Shown piece by piece: positions 1 through 15,358 of a DNA stretch of 64,000 nucleotides. Origin of the DNA: the human T2T-CHM13v2.0 reference genome, Homo sapiens; the NCBI RefSeq assembly GCF_009914755.1, contig NC_060948.1. One strand, given 5' to 3'. The notes beneath the pieces are model-generated. The model saw only the letters and a list, made by a program, of their open reading frames with translations, searched no databases and was not told the origin of the DNA. How positions within the stretch are numbered: the stretch's first letter is position 1; the number at the start of each line of letters is the position of its first letter. The position numbers and the translations under genes are program-made.

Positions 1-561
1 CATACATAATATTATAATATAGATTATATTATGTTATATTAAATATCATATATATCATGTATCATATATTCTATAATATATATTACACATTATATAATAT
101 GTATGTTGTCTATTTTGTGATATATAAAACTATATATATAATTATATTATTATACATATAACTAGATAAACATGTAATTCTACATATTTTCATTTGTAAT
201 ATATAGAATTATATAATCATATATAATTATTTATATTCTATAAAAAATTATATCATTATATAAATTATAATATAAAAAAATTATAATATGTACTACAAAT
301 ATACATATTATATATCATATATGATATAGTACCTTTGTTATATATCATAATACATATAAATGTGTATTATGTTATCTATAATTATATAATTTCATATATA
401 AGATGTATAATATGTATTATATATTGTCTATGTTATGTAATATATATAGTATATGTAAGCTGACACAGAATAAATATTATATACTACGACATATAAAATA
501 TATGAGGTTATATGTTACATATAAGGCATAGCACATAACATGTAATATATATCATATATAA

Positions 562-853
<292 letters not shown>

Positions 854-953
854 AGATCCATATTTTTTAAATGAAAAAAAATTTCAAAGGTACTCTGCTT
901 GGTACAATAATCAAATGTATAAACTGAGGAATAAAACATAACCATGAAACCTA

Positions 954-1075
954 CTTATAACTGCATATGGAAAATACAGAGGATAATTTTTTAAATAACA
1001 TATTTTGAAAGCCTTAACTAGTAATTTGAAGAGTTGGCATTTGAAAGGCCAGTATGAATATACCTTCAAAGCAGC
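954..1075 (+). mobile_element. Possible ancient L1M ORF2 remnant (representative copy)
   Basis: cttataactgcatatggaaaatacagagga...acatattttgaaa resembles the recalled old-L1 motif ctaaaattcatatggaaatgcaaagga...aacaattttgaaa. Judged by eye only. Confidence 0.3.
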
Positions 1076-1312
1076 AACACAGGTTCCCCATGAGAAAAAG
1101 CAAACTCAGGGAAAATAAAACCACAAAGGTTCAATCTCTTCTGACCTTTGAAAGACACAGCACAGACAGTGGTCCTTAGGACGAAGAGCAGGAGACCCCT
1201 AATTCCGTCACCATGGCGATAGGGCATAAACATTGCTGGGTGAGGGCACAATCCACATTGAGAGGTCCAACTGCTGCCAGGAAGACGGGAGTGCTTTTAC
1301 ATAGACCGAAAT

Positions 1313-1395
1313 GTCATTGAAGGCTCAGAGTTTTGTTTCAAGAACTGAATCCCAAGCCCACACGTTAGTAGGCTGCGCTTCTTAAAACAAGTTAT
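1313..1395 (+). mobile_element. Possible MIR SINE remnant (representative copy)
   Basis: gaatcccaagcccacacgttattaggctgcgcttcttaaaacaagttat (majority allele) aligns by eye with the recalled MIR segment GAATCCCGGCTCTGCCACTTACTAGCTGTGTGACCTTGGGCAAGTTAC. Confidence 0.45.
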
Positions 1396-1420
1396 TAGAT
1401 GGGAAAAAGGGCACCCACAA

Positions 1421-2980
1421 ACATACGTATACATTATGTATATAATAATATACAGTATCATATATATAATATATATAACCTATGTATAATATTGTTTTAC
1501 ATCCTGCATCTTATATTATATATATTGTATAAAATATAAAATTCATAATACATAACGTTTATATTTATAAAATATGACATATAGTATATATTATAATTTA
1601 TGACATATATAATATATGTTATATATCATATATAGAATATATTATACGGTTAATATACATATTAAATATAAATTATACATTATATATATTATATAAAATA
1701 TATCTGTTATATATAATACCCTTTATGCATAATATATATATTATGTCTATGTTATATATAGTATAAAACAACATATAATAATATATAATTGTATATATAA
1801 AATGCGACATATAATATATATTATATTTTATGACATATGTAATATATATTATATATTATATATAATACGTTGTATGTATAATACCTATATTAAATATATA
1901 TTATATGACTATGTTATTAATTACATGTCACATATGTTATATATTATATATTTTACATAGAATATACCGGTTACATACAATATATACTATGTTACCTATA
2001 ATGTATAATTGATTACATGTAAAATAAAGAATGCAATATATTATGTATAATTTATAATATACAATATGTGGAATGTGATATATATAACATATAATATATG
2101 ATATATGATATACAGTATATGATATATAACACACAATATATGATACCTAATATATATGGTATACAATATATATTTTATGATATGTATTCTGTATGTTTTA
2201 TATTCTGTTATATATAACTATTTGAAATTATATATAACTGTATAATATTTTATGTAAATATGTAATAAAATATATATAACTATATAATATATTATATATA
2301 ACTATATATTATGTTATATATACTTTTATAACATAATTTACATTAAATATCATAATATAATATATATTATATTATTTCACATTACATAATATATATTACA
2401 TATCACCCAATATAAGTAGCATACATAATATTATAATATAGATTATATTATGTTATATTAAATATCATATATATCATGTATCATATATTCTATAATATAT
2501 ATTACACATTATATAATATGTATGTTGTCTATTATGTGATATATATAACTATATATATAATTATATTATTATACATATAACTAGATAAACATGAAATTCT
2601 ACATATTTTCATTTATAATATATAGAATTATATAATCATATATAATTATTTATATTCTATAAAAAATTATATCATTATATAAATTATAATATATAAAAAT
2701 TATAATATGTACTACAAATATATATATTATATATCATATATGATATAGTACCTTTGTTATATATCATAATACATATAAATGTGTATTATGTTATCTACAA
2801 TTATATAATTTCATATATAAGATATATAATATGTATTATATATTGTATATGTTATGTAATATATATAGTATATATAAGCTGACACAGGATAAATATTATA
2901 TACTATGACATATAAAATATATGAGGTTATATGTTACATATAAGGCATAGCACATAACATGTAATATATATCATATATAA
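1421..2980. repeat. AT-rich degenerate simple-sequence block of the unit (~1.56 kb); representative copy, present before every Alu
   Basis: Almost entirely tata/atat/ttat motifs with sparse C and G, yet conserved nearly base-for-base between units. Confidence 0.93.
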
Positions 2981-3272
<292 letters not shown>

Positions 3273-5395
3273 AGATCCATATTTTGTAAATGGAAAACAA
3301 TTTCAAAAGTACTCTGCTTGGTACAATAATCAAATGTATAAACTGAGGAATGAAACATAACCATGAAACCTACTTATAACTGCATATGGAAAATACTGAG
3401 GATAATTTTTTAAATAACATATTTTGAAAGCCTTAACTAGTAATTTGAAGAGTTGGCATTTGAAAGGCCAGTATGAATATACCTTCAAAGCAGCAACACA
3501 GGTTCCCCATGAGAAAAAGCAAACTCAGGGAAAATAAAACCACAAAGGTTCAATCTCTTCTGACCTTTGAAAGACACAGCACAGACAGTGGTCCTTAGGA
3601 CGAAGAGCAGGAGACCCCTAATTCCGTCACCATGGTGATAGGACATAAACATTGCTGGGTGAGGGCACAATCCACATTGTGAGGTCCAACTGCTGCCAGG
3701 AAGACAGGACTGCTTTTACATAGACCGAAAGGTCATTGAAGGCTCAGAGTTTTGTTTCAAGAACTGAATCCCAAGCCCACATGTTATTAGGCTGCGCTTC
3801 TTAAAACAAGTTATTAGATGGGAAAAAGGGCACCCACAAACATACGTATACATTATGTATATAATAATATACAGTATCATATATATAATATATATAACCT
3901 ATGTATAATATTGTTTTACATCCTGCATCTTATATTATATATATTGTCTAAAATATAATAATTGATAATATATAAGTTTTATATTTATACAATATGACAT
4001 ATAGTATATAGTATAATTTATGACATATATAATATATGTTATATATCATATATAGAATATATTATACGGTTAATATACGTATTAAATATAAATTATACAT
4101 TCTATATATTATATATAATATATCTGTTATATATAATACCCATTATGCATAATATATATATTATGTCTATGTTATATATAGTATAAAACAACATATAATA
4201 ATATATAATTGTATATATAAAATGCGACATATAATATATATTTTATTTTATGACATATGTAATATATATTATATATTATATATAATATGTTGTATGTATA
4301 ATACCTATATTAAATATATATTATATGACTATGTTATTAATTACATGTCACATATGTTATATATTATATATTTTACATAGAATATACCGGTTACATACAA
4401 TTTATACTATGTTACCTATAATGTATAATTGATTACATGTAAAATAAAGAATGCAATATATTATGTATAATTTATAATATACAATATGTGGAATGTGATA
4501 TATATAACATATAATATATGATGTATGATATACAGTATATGATATATAACATACAATATATGATACCTAATATATATGGTATACAATATATATTTTATGA
4601 TATGTATTCTATATGTTTTATATTCTGTTATATATAACTATTTGAAATTATATATAACTGTATATTTTATGTAAATATGTAATATAATATATATAACTAT
4701 ATAATATATTATATATAATTATATATTATGTTATATATACTTTTATAACATAATTTACATAAAATGTCATAATATAATATATATTATATTATTTCACATT
4801 ACATAATATATATTATATATCACCCAATATAAGTAACATACATAATATTATAATATAGATTATATTATGTTATATTAAATATCATATATATCATGTATCA
4901 TATATTCTATAATATATATTACACATTATATAATATGTATGTTGTCAATTATGTGATATATATAACTATATATAATTATATTATTATACATATAACTAGA
5001 TAAACATGTAATTCTACATATTTTCATTTATAATATATAGAATTATATAATCATATATAATTATTTATATTCTATAAAAAATTATATCTTTATATAAATT
5101 ATAATATAAAAAAATTATAATATGTACTACAAACATATATATTATATATCATATATGATATAGTACCTTTGTTATATATCATAATACATATAAATGTGTA
5201 TTATGTTATCTATAATTATATAATTTCATATATAAGATGTATAATATGTATTTTATATTGTATATGTTATGTAAAATATATAGTATATATAAGCTGACAC
5301 AGGATAAATATTATATACTATGACATATAAAATATATGAGGTTATATGTTACATATAAGGCATAGCACATAACATGTAATATATATCATATATAA

Positions 5396-5687
<292 letters not shown>

Positions 5688-7783
5688 AGATCCATATTTT
5701 TTAAATGAAAAAAAATTTCAAAGGTACTCTGCTTGGTACAATAATCAAATGTATAAACTGAGGAATAAAACATAACCATGAAACCTACTTATAACTGCAT
5801 ATGGAAAATACAGAGGATAATTTTTTAAATAACATATTTTGAAAGCCTTAACTAGTAATTTGAAGAGTTGGCATTTGAAAGGCCAGTATGAATATACCTT
5901 CAAAGCAGCAACACAGGTTCCCCATGAGAAACAGCAAACTCAGGGAAAATAAAACCACAAAGGTTCAAGCTCTTCTGACCTTTGAAAGACACAGCACAGA
6001 CAGTGGTCCTTAGGACGAAGAGCAGGAGACCCCTAATTCCGTCACCATGGCGATAGGGCATAAACATTGCTGGGTGAGGGCACAATCCACATTGTGAGGT
6101 CCAACTGCTGCCAGGAAGACAGGAGTGCTTTTACATAGACCGAAAGGTCATTGAAGGCTCAGAGTTTTGTTTCAAGAACTGAATCCCAAGCCCACACGTT
6201 ATTAGGCTGCGCTTCGTAAAACAAGCTATGAGATGGGAAAAAGGGCACCCACAAACATACGTATACATTATGTATATAATAATATACAGTATCATATATA
6301 TAATATATATAACCTATGTATAATATTGTTTTACATCCTGCATCTTATATTATATATATTGTGTAAAATATAATAATTGATAATATATAAGTTTTATATT
6401 TATACAATATGACATATAGTATATATTATAATTTATGACATATATAATATATGTTATATATCATATATAGAATATATTATACGGTTAATATACGTATTAA
6501 ATATAAATTATACATTATATATATTATATATAATATATCTGTTATATATAATACCCATTATGCATAATATGTATATTATGTCTATGTTATATATAGTATA
6601 AAACAACATATAATAATATATAATTGTATATATAAAATGCGACATATAATATATATTATATTTTATGACATATGTAATATATATTATATATTATATATAA
6701 TACGTTGTATGTATAATACCTATATTAAATATATATTATATGACTATGTTATTAATTACATGTCACATGTGTTATATATTATATATTTTACATAGAATAT
6801 ACCGGTTACATACAATATATACTATGTTACCTATAATGTATAATTGATTACATGTAAAATAAAGAATGCAATATATTATGTATAATTTATAATATACAAT
6901 ATGTGGAATGTGATATATATAACATATAATATATGATATATGATATACAGTATATGATATATAACATACAATATATGATACCTAGTATATATGGTATACA
7001 ATATATATTTTATGATATGTATTCTATATGTTTTATATTCTGTTATATATAACTATTTGAAATTATATATAACTGTATAATATTTTATGTAAATATGTAA
7101 TATAATATATATAACTATATAATATATTATATATAACTATATATTATGTTATATATACTTTTATATCATAATTTACATAAAATGTCATAATATAATATAT
7201 ATTATATTATTTCATATTACATAATATATATTACATATCACCCAATATAAGTAACATACATAATATTATAATATAGATTATATTATGTTATGTTAAATAT
7301 CATATATATCATGTATCATATATTCTATAATATATATTATACATTATATAATATGTATGTTGTCTATTATGTGATATATATAACTATATATTATTATATT
7401 ATTATACATATAACTAGATAAACATGCAATTCTACATATTTTCATTTATAATATATAGAATTATATAATCATATATAATTATTTATATTCTATAAAAAAT
7501 TATATCATTATATAAATTATAATATAAAAAAATTATAATATGTACTACAAATATATATATTATATATCATATATGATATAGTACCTTTGTTATATATCAT
7601 AATACATATAAATGTGTATTATGTTATCTATAATTATATAATTTCATATATAAGATGTATAATATGTATTATATATTGTATATGTTATGTAATATATATA
7701 GTATATATAAGCTGACACAGGATAAATATTATATACTATGACATATAAAATATATGAGGTTATATGTTACATATAAGGCATAG

Positions 7784-8104
<321 letters not shown>

Positions 8105-10232
8105 AGATCCATATTTTTTAAATGAAAAAAAATTTCAAAGGTACTCTGCTTGGTACAATAATCAAATGTATAAACTGAGGAATAAAACATAACCATGAAA
8201 CCTACTTATAACTGAATACGGAAAATACAGAGGATAATTTTTTAAATAACATATTTTGAAAGCCTTAACTAGTAATTTGAAGAGTTGGCATTTGTAAGGC
8301 CAGTATGAATATACCTTCAAAGCAACAACACAGGTTCCCCATGAGAAAAAGCAAACTCAGGGAAAATAAAACCACAAAGGTTCAATCTCTTCTGACCTTT
8401 CAAAGACACAGCACAGACAGTGGTCCTTAGGACGAAGAGCAGGAGACCCCTAATTCCGTCACCATGGCGATAGGGCATAAACATTGCTGGGTGAGGGCAC
8501 AATCCACATTGTGAGGTCCAACTGCTGCCAGGAAGACAGGAGTGCTTTTACATAGACCGAAAGGTCATTGAAGGCTCAGAGTTTTGTTTCAAGAACTGAA
8601 TCCCAAGCCCACACGTTATTAGGCTGCGCTTCTTAAAACAAGTTATGAGATGGGAAAAAGGGCACCCACAAACATACGTATACATTATGTATATAATAAT
8701 ATACAGTATCATATATAAAATATATATAACCTATGTATAATATTGTTTTACATCCTGCATCTTATATTATATATATTGTATAAAATATAATAATTGATAA
8801 TATATAAGTTTTATATTTATACAATATGACATATAGTATATATTATACTTTATGACATATATAATATATGTTATATATCATATATAGAATATATTATACG
8901 GTTAATATACGTATTAAATATAAATTATACATTATATATATTATATAAAATATATCTGTTATATATAATACCCATTATGCATAATATATATATTATGTCT
9001 ATGTTATATATAGTATAAAACAACATATAATAATATATAATTGTATATATAAAATGCGACATATAATATATATTATATTTTATGACATATGTAATATATA
9101 TTATATATTATATATAATACGTTGTATGTATAATACCTATATTAAATATATATTATATGACTATGTTATTAATTACATATCACATATGTCATATATTATA
9201 TATTTTACATAGAATATACCAGTTACATACAATATATACTATGTTACCTATAATGTATAATTGATTACATGTAAAATAAAGAATGCAATATATTATGTAT
9301 AATTTATAATATACAATATGTGGAATGTGATATATATAACATATAATATATGATATATGATATACAGTATATGATATATAACATACAATATATGATACCT
9401 AATATATATGGTATACAATATATATTTTATGATATGTATTCTATGTGTTTTATATTCTGTTATATATAACTATTTGAAATTATATATAACTGTATAATAT
9501 TTTATGTAAATATGTAATATAATATATATAACTATATAATATATTATATATAACTATATATTATGTTATATATACTTTTATAACATAATTTACAAAAAAT
9601 GTCATAATATAATATATATTATATTATTTCACATTACATAATATATATTACATATCACCCAATATAAGTAACATACATAATATTATAATATAGATTATAT
9701 TATGTTATATTAAATATCATATATATCATGTATCATATATTCTATAATATATATTACACATTATATAATATGTATGTTGTCTATTTTGTGATATATAAAA
9801 CTATATATATAATTATATTATTATACATATAACTAGATAAACATGTAATTCTACATATTTTCATTTGTAATATATAGAATTATATAATCATATATAATTA
9901 TTTATATTCTATAAAAAATTATATCATTATACAAATTATAATATAAAAAAATTATAATATGTACTACAAATATACATATTATATATCATATATGATATAG
10001 TACCTTTGTTATATATCATAATACATATAAATGTGTATTATGTTATCTATAATTATATAATTTCATATATAAGATGTATAATATGTATTATATATTGTCT
10101 ATGTTATGTAATATATATAGTATATGTAAGCTGACACAGGATAAATATTATATACTATGACATATAAAATATATGAGGTTATATGTTACATATAAGGCAT
10201 AGCACATAACATGTAATATATATCATATATAA

Positions 10233-10524
<292 letters not shown>

Positions 10525-12646
10525 AGATCCATATTTTTTAAATGAAAAAAAATTTCAACGGTACTCTGCTTGGTACAATAATCAAATGTATAAACTGAGG
10601 AATAAAACATAACCATGAAACCTACTTATAACTGCATATGGAAAATACAGAGGATAATTTTTTAAATAACATATTTTGAAAGCATTAACTAGTAATTTGC
10701 AGAGTTGGCATTTGAAAGGCCAGTATGAATATACCTTCAAAGAAGCAACACAGGTTCCCCATGAGAAAAAGCAAACTCAGGGAAAATAAAACCACAAAGG
10801 TTCAATCTCTTCTGACCTTTGAAAGACACAGCACAGACAGTGGTCCTTAGGACGAAGAGCAGGAGACCCCTAATTCCGTCACCATGGCGACAGGGCATAA
10901 ACATTGCTGGGTGAGGGCACAATCCACATTGAGAGGTCCAACTGCTGCCAGGAAGACAGGAGTGCTTTTACATAGACCGAAATGTCATTGAAGGCTCAGA
11001 GTTTTGTTTCAAGAACTGAATCCCAAGCCCACACGTTATTAGGCTGCGCTTCTTAAAACAAGTTATGAGATGGGAAAAAGGGCACCCACAAACATACGTA
11101 TACATTATGTATATAATAATATACAGTATCATATATATAATATATATAACCTATGTATAATATTGTTTTACATCCTGCATCTTTTATTATATATATTGTA
11201 TAAAATATAATAATTCATAATATATAACGTTTATATTTATACAATATGACATATAGTATATATTATAATTTATGACATATATAATATATGTTATATATCA
11301 TATATAGAATATATTATACGGTTAATATACGTATTAAATATAAATTATACATTATATATATTATATAAAATATATCTGTTATATATAATACACTTTATGC
11401 ATAATATATATATTATGTCTACGTTATATATAGTATAAAACAACATATAATAATATATAATTGTATATATAAAATGCGACATATAATATATATTATATTT
11501 TATGACATATGTAATATATATTATATATTATATGTAATACGTTGTATGTATAATACCTATATTAAATATATATTATATGACTATGTTATTAATTACATGT
11601 CACATATGTTATATATTATATATTTTACATATAATATACCGGTTACATGCAATATATACTATGTTACCTATAATGTATAATTGATTACATGTAAAATAAA
11701 GAATGCAATATATTATGTATAATTTATAATATACAATATGTGGAATGTGATATATATAACATATAATATATGATATATGATATACAGTATATGATATATA
11801 ACATACAATATATGATACCTAATATATATGGTATACAATATATATTTTATGATATGTATTCTATATGTTTTATATTCTGTTATATATAACTATTTGAAAT
11901 TATATATAACTGTATAATATTTTATGCAAATATGTAATATAATATATATAACTATATAATATATTATATATAACTATATATTATGTTATATATACTTTTA
12001 TAACATAATTTACATTAAATATCATAATATAATATATATTATATTATTTCACATTACATAATATATATTACATATCACCCAATATAAGTAACATACATAA
12101 TATTATAATATAGATTATATTATGTTATATTAAATATCATATATATCATGTATCATATATTCTATAATATATATTACACATTATATAATATGTATGTTGT
12201 CTATTATGTGATATATATAACTATATATAATTATATTATTATACATATAACTAGATAAACATGTAATTCTACATATTTTCATTTATAATATATAGAATTA
12301 TATAATCATATATAATTATTTATATTCTATAAAAAATTATATCATTATATAAATTATAATATATAAAATTTATAATATGTACTACATATATATTATATAT
12401 CATATATGATATAGTACCTTTGTTATATATCATAATACATGTAAATGTGTATTATGTTATCTGTAATTATATAATTTCATATATAAGTTGTATAATATGT
12501 GTCAAATATTATATATGTTATGTAATATATATAGTATATATAAGCTGACACAGGATAAATATTATATACTATGACATATAAAATATATGAGGTTATATGT
12601 TACATATAAGGCATAGCACATAACATGTAATATATATCATATATAA

Positions 12647-12938
12647 TTTTTTTTTAGACAGAGTCTTGTCCTGTTGCACAGTGTGGGGTACAATGGCGCC
12701 ATCTTTGCTCACTGCAACATCTGCCTCAAGGGTCCAAGCGATTGGCCTCCCTCAGCCTCCCAGGTAGCTGGGACTACACCACACTGGGACTACAGCAGCT
12801 GCCACCATGCCTAGCTAATTTTTTGGATTTTTAGTAGTGACAGCGTTTCACTGTATTGGCCAGGATGGTCTTGATCTCTTCACCTTGTGATCCCCTTGTC
12901 TTGGCCTCCAAATTTGCTGGGATTACAGGCTTGAGCCA
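12647..12938 (-). mobile_element. Alu copy 6
   Basis: Same antisense Alu; cctcaaggg and attggcc variants shared with copy 12. Confidence 0.95.
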
Positions 12939-15066
12939 AGATCCATATTTTTTAAATGAAAAAAAATTTCAAAGGTACTCTGCTTGGTACAATAATCAAA
13001 TGTATAAACTGAGGAATAAAACATAACCATGAAACCTACTTATAACTGCATATGGAAAATACAGAGGATAATTTTTTAAATAACATATTTTGAAAGCCTT
13101 AACTAGTAATTTGAAGAGTTGGCATTTGAAAGGCCAGTATGAATATACCTTCAAAGCAGCAACACAGGTTCCCCATGAGAAAAAGCAAACACAGAGAAAA
13201 TAAAAACACAAAGGTTCAATCTCTTCTGACCTTTGAAAGACACAGCACAGACAGTGGTCCTTAGGACGAAGAGCAGGAGACCCCTAATTCCGTCACCATG
13301 GCGATAGGGCATAAACATTGCTGGGTGAGGACACAATCCACATTGTGAGGTCCAACTGCTGCCAGGAAGACAGGAGTGCTTTTACATAGACCGAAAGGTC
13401 ATTGAAGGCTCAGAGTTTTGTTTCAAGAACTGAATCCCAAGCCCACACGTTATTAGGCTGCGCTTCTTAAAACAAGTTATGAGATGGGAAAAAGGGCACC
13501 CACAAACATACGTATACATTATGTATATAATAATATACAGTATCATATATATAATATATATAACCTATGTATAATATTGTTTTATATCCTGCATCTTCTG
13601 TTATATATATTGTATAAAATATAATAATTGATAATATATAAGTTTTATAATTATACAATATGACATATAGTATATATTATAATTTATGACATATATAATA
13701 TATGTTATACATCATATATAGAATATATTATACGGTTAATATACGTATTAAATATAAATTATACATTATATATATTATATATAATATATCTGTTATATAT
13801 AATACCCATTATGCATAATATATATATTATGTCTATGTTATATATAGTATAAAACAACATATAATAATATATAATTGTATATATAAAATGCAACATATAA
13901 TATAAATTATATTTTATAACAAATGTTATATATATTATATATTATATATAATACGTTGTATGCATAATACCTATATTAAATATATATTATATGACTATGT
14001 TATTAATTACATGTCACATGTGTTATATATTATATATTTTACATAGAATATACCGGTTACATACAATATATACTATGTTACCTATAATGTATAATTTATT
14101 ACATGTAAAATAAAGAATGCAATATATTATGTATAATTTATAATATACAATATGTGGAATGTGATATATATAACATATAATATATGATATATGATATAGA
14201 GTATATGATATATAACATACAATATATGATTCCTAATATATATGGTATACAATATATATTTTATGATATGTATTCTATATGTTTTATATTCTGTTATATA
14301 TAACTATTTGAAATTATATATAACTGTATAATATTTTATGTAAATATGTAATATAATATATATAACTATATAATATATTATATATAAGTATATATTATGT
14401 TATATATACTTTTATAACATAATTTACATAAAATATCATAACATAATATATATTATATTATTTCATATTACATAATATATATTACATATCACCCAATATA
14501 ACTAACATACATAATATTATAATATAGATTATATTATGTTATATTAAATATCATATATATCATGTATCATATATTCTATAATATATATTACACATTATAT
14601 AATATGTATGTTGTCTATTATGTGATATATATAACTCTATATATAATTTTATTTTTATACATATAACTAGATAAACATGTAATTCTACATATTTTCATTT
14701 ATAATATGTAGAATTATATAATCATATATAATTATTTATATTCTATAAAAAATTTTATCATTCTATAAATTATAATATATAAAAATTATAATATGTACTA
14801 CAAATATATATATTATATATCATATATGATATAGTACCTTTGTTATATATCATAATACATATAAATGTGTATTATGTTATCTATAATTATATAATTTCAT
14901 ATATAAGATGTATAATATGTATTATATATTGTATATGTTATGTAATATATATAGTATATATAAGCTGACACAGGATAAATATTATATACTATGACATATA
15001 AAATATATGAGGTTATATGTTATATATAAGGCATAGCACATAACATGTAATATATATCATATATAA

Positions 15067-15358
15067 TTTTTTTTTAGACAGAGTCTTGTCGTGTTGCACA
15101 GGGTGAAGTACAATGGCGCCATCTTTGCTCACTGCAACATCTGCCTCACGGGTCCAAGCGATTGTCCTCCCTCAACCTCTCAGGTAGCTGGGAGTACACC
15201 ACACTGGGACTACACCAGCTGCCACCATGCCTAGCTAATTTTTTGGATTTTTAGTAGTGACAGCGTTTCACTGTATTGGCCAGGATGGTCTTGATCTCTT
15301 CACCTTGTGATCCCCTTGCCTTGGCCTCCAAATTTGCTGGGATTACAGGCCTGAGCCA
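15067..15358 (-). mobile_element. Alu copy 7
   Basis: Same antisense Alu; variants shared with copy 3. Confidence 0.95.

Larger units (their letters stand above)
854..1420. repeat. Non-Alu mixed-composition segment of the unit (HSATI-like portion); representative copy, present after every Alu
   Basis: ~570 bp of higher-complexity sequence between the Alu 5' end and the AT-rich block, near-identical in all units. The name rests on recalled DYZ2 organisation; boundaries are approximate. Confidence 0.75.

Noticed and set aside
1066-1251. Recurrent 61-aa minus-strand ORF (MCPHPAMF...) in most units
   Set aside because: It starts at TTG, resembles no protein family I recognise, and recurs only because the DNA is repeated. 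It is broken by stop codons in units 7 and 11, and its variants are mostly non-synonymous.
2069-2076. tggaatg motif suggesting HSat3/DYZ1
   Set aside because: There is only a single pentamer per unit, with no (GGAAT)n run, no DYZ1 boundary and no inversion in the window.
1421-2980. Long palindromic AT-rich repeat (PATRR-like cruciform) or TATA-box promoters
   Set aside because: Only short palindromes (~18 bp) are visible, and TATA-like words are expected by chance at this composition. No long inverted arm was seen by eye; an einverted run would settle it.
12996-13211. Recurrent 71-80-aa minus-strand ORF (MCFYFPCV...)
   Set aside because: It has a non-ATG start and is open only where a B-type allele removes a stop. 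It is a subfamily marker, not a gene.
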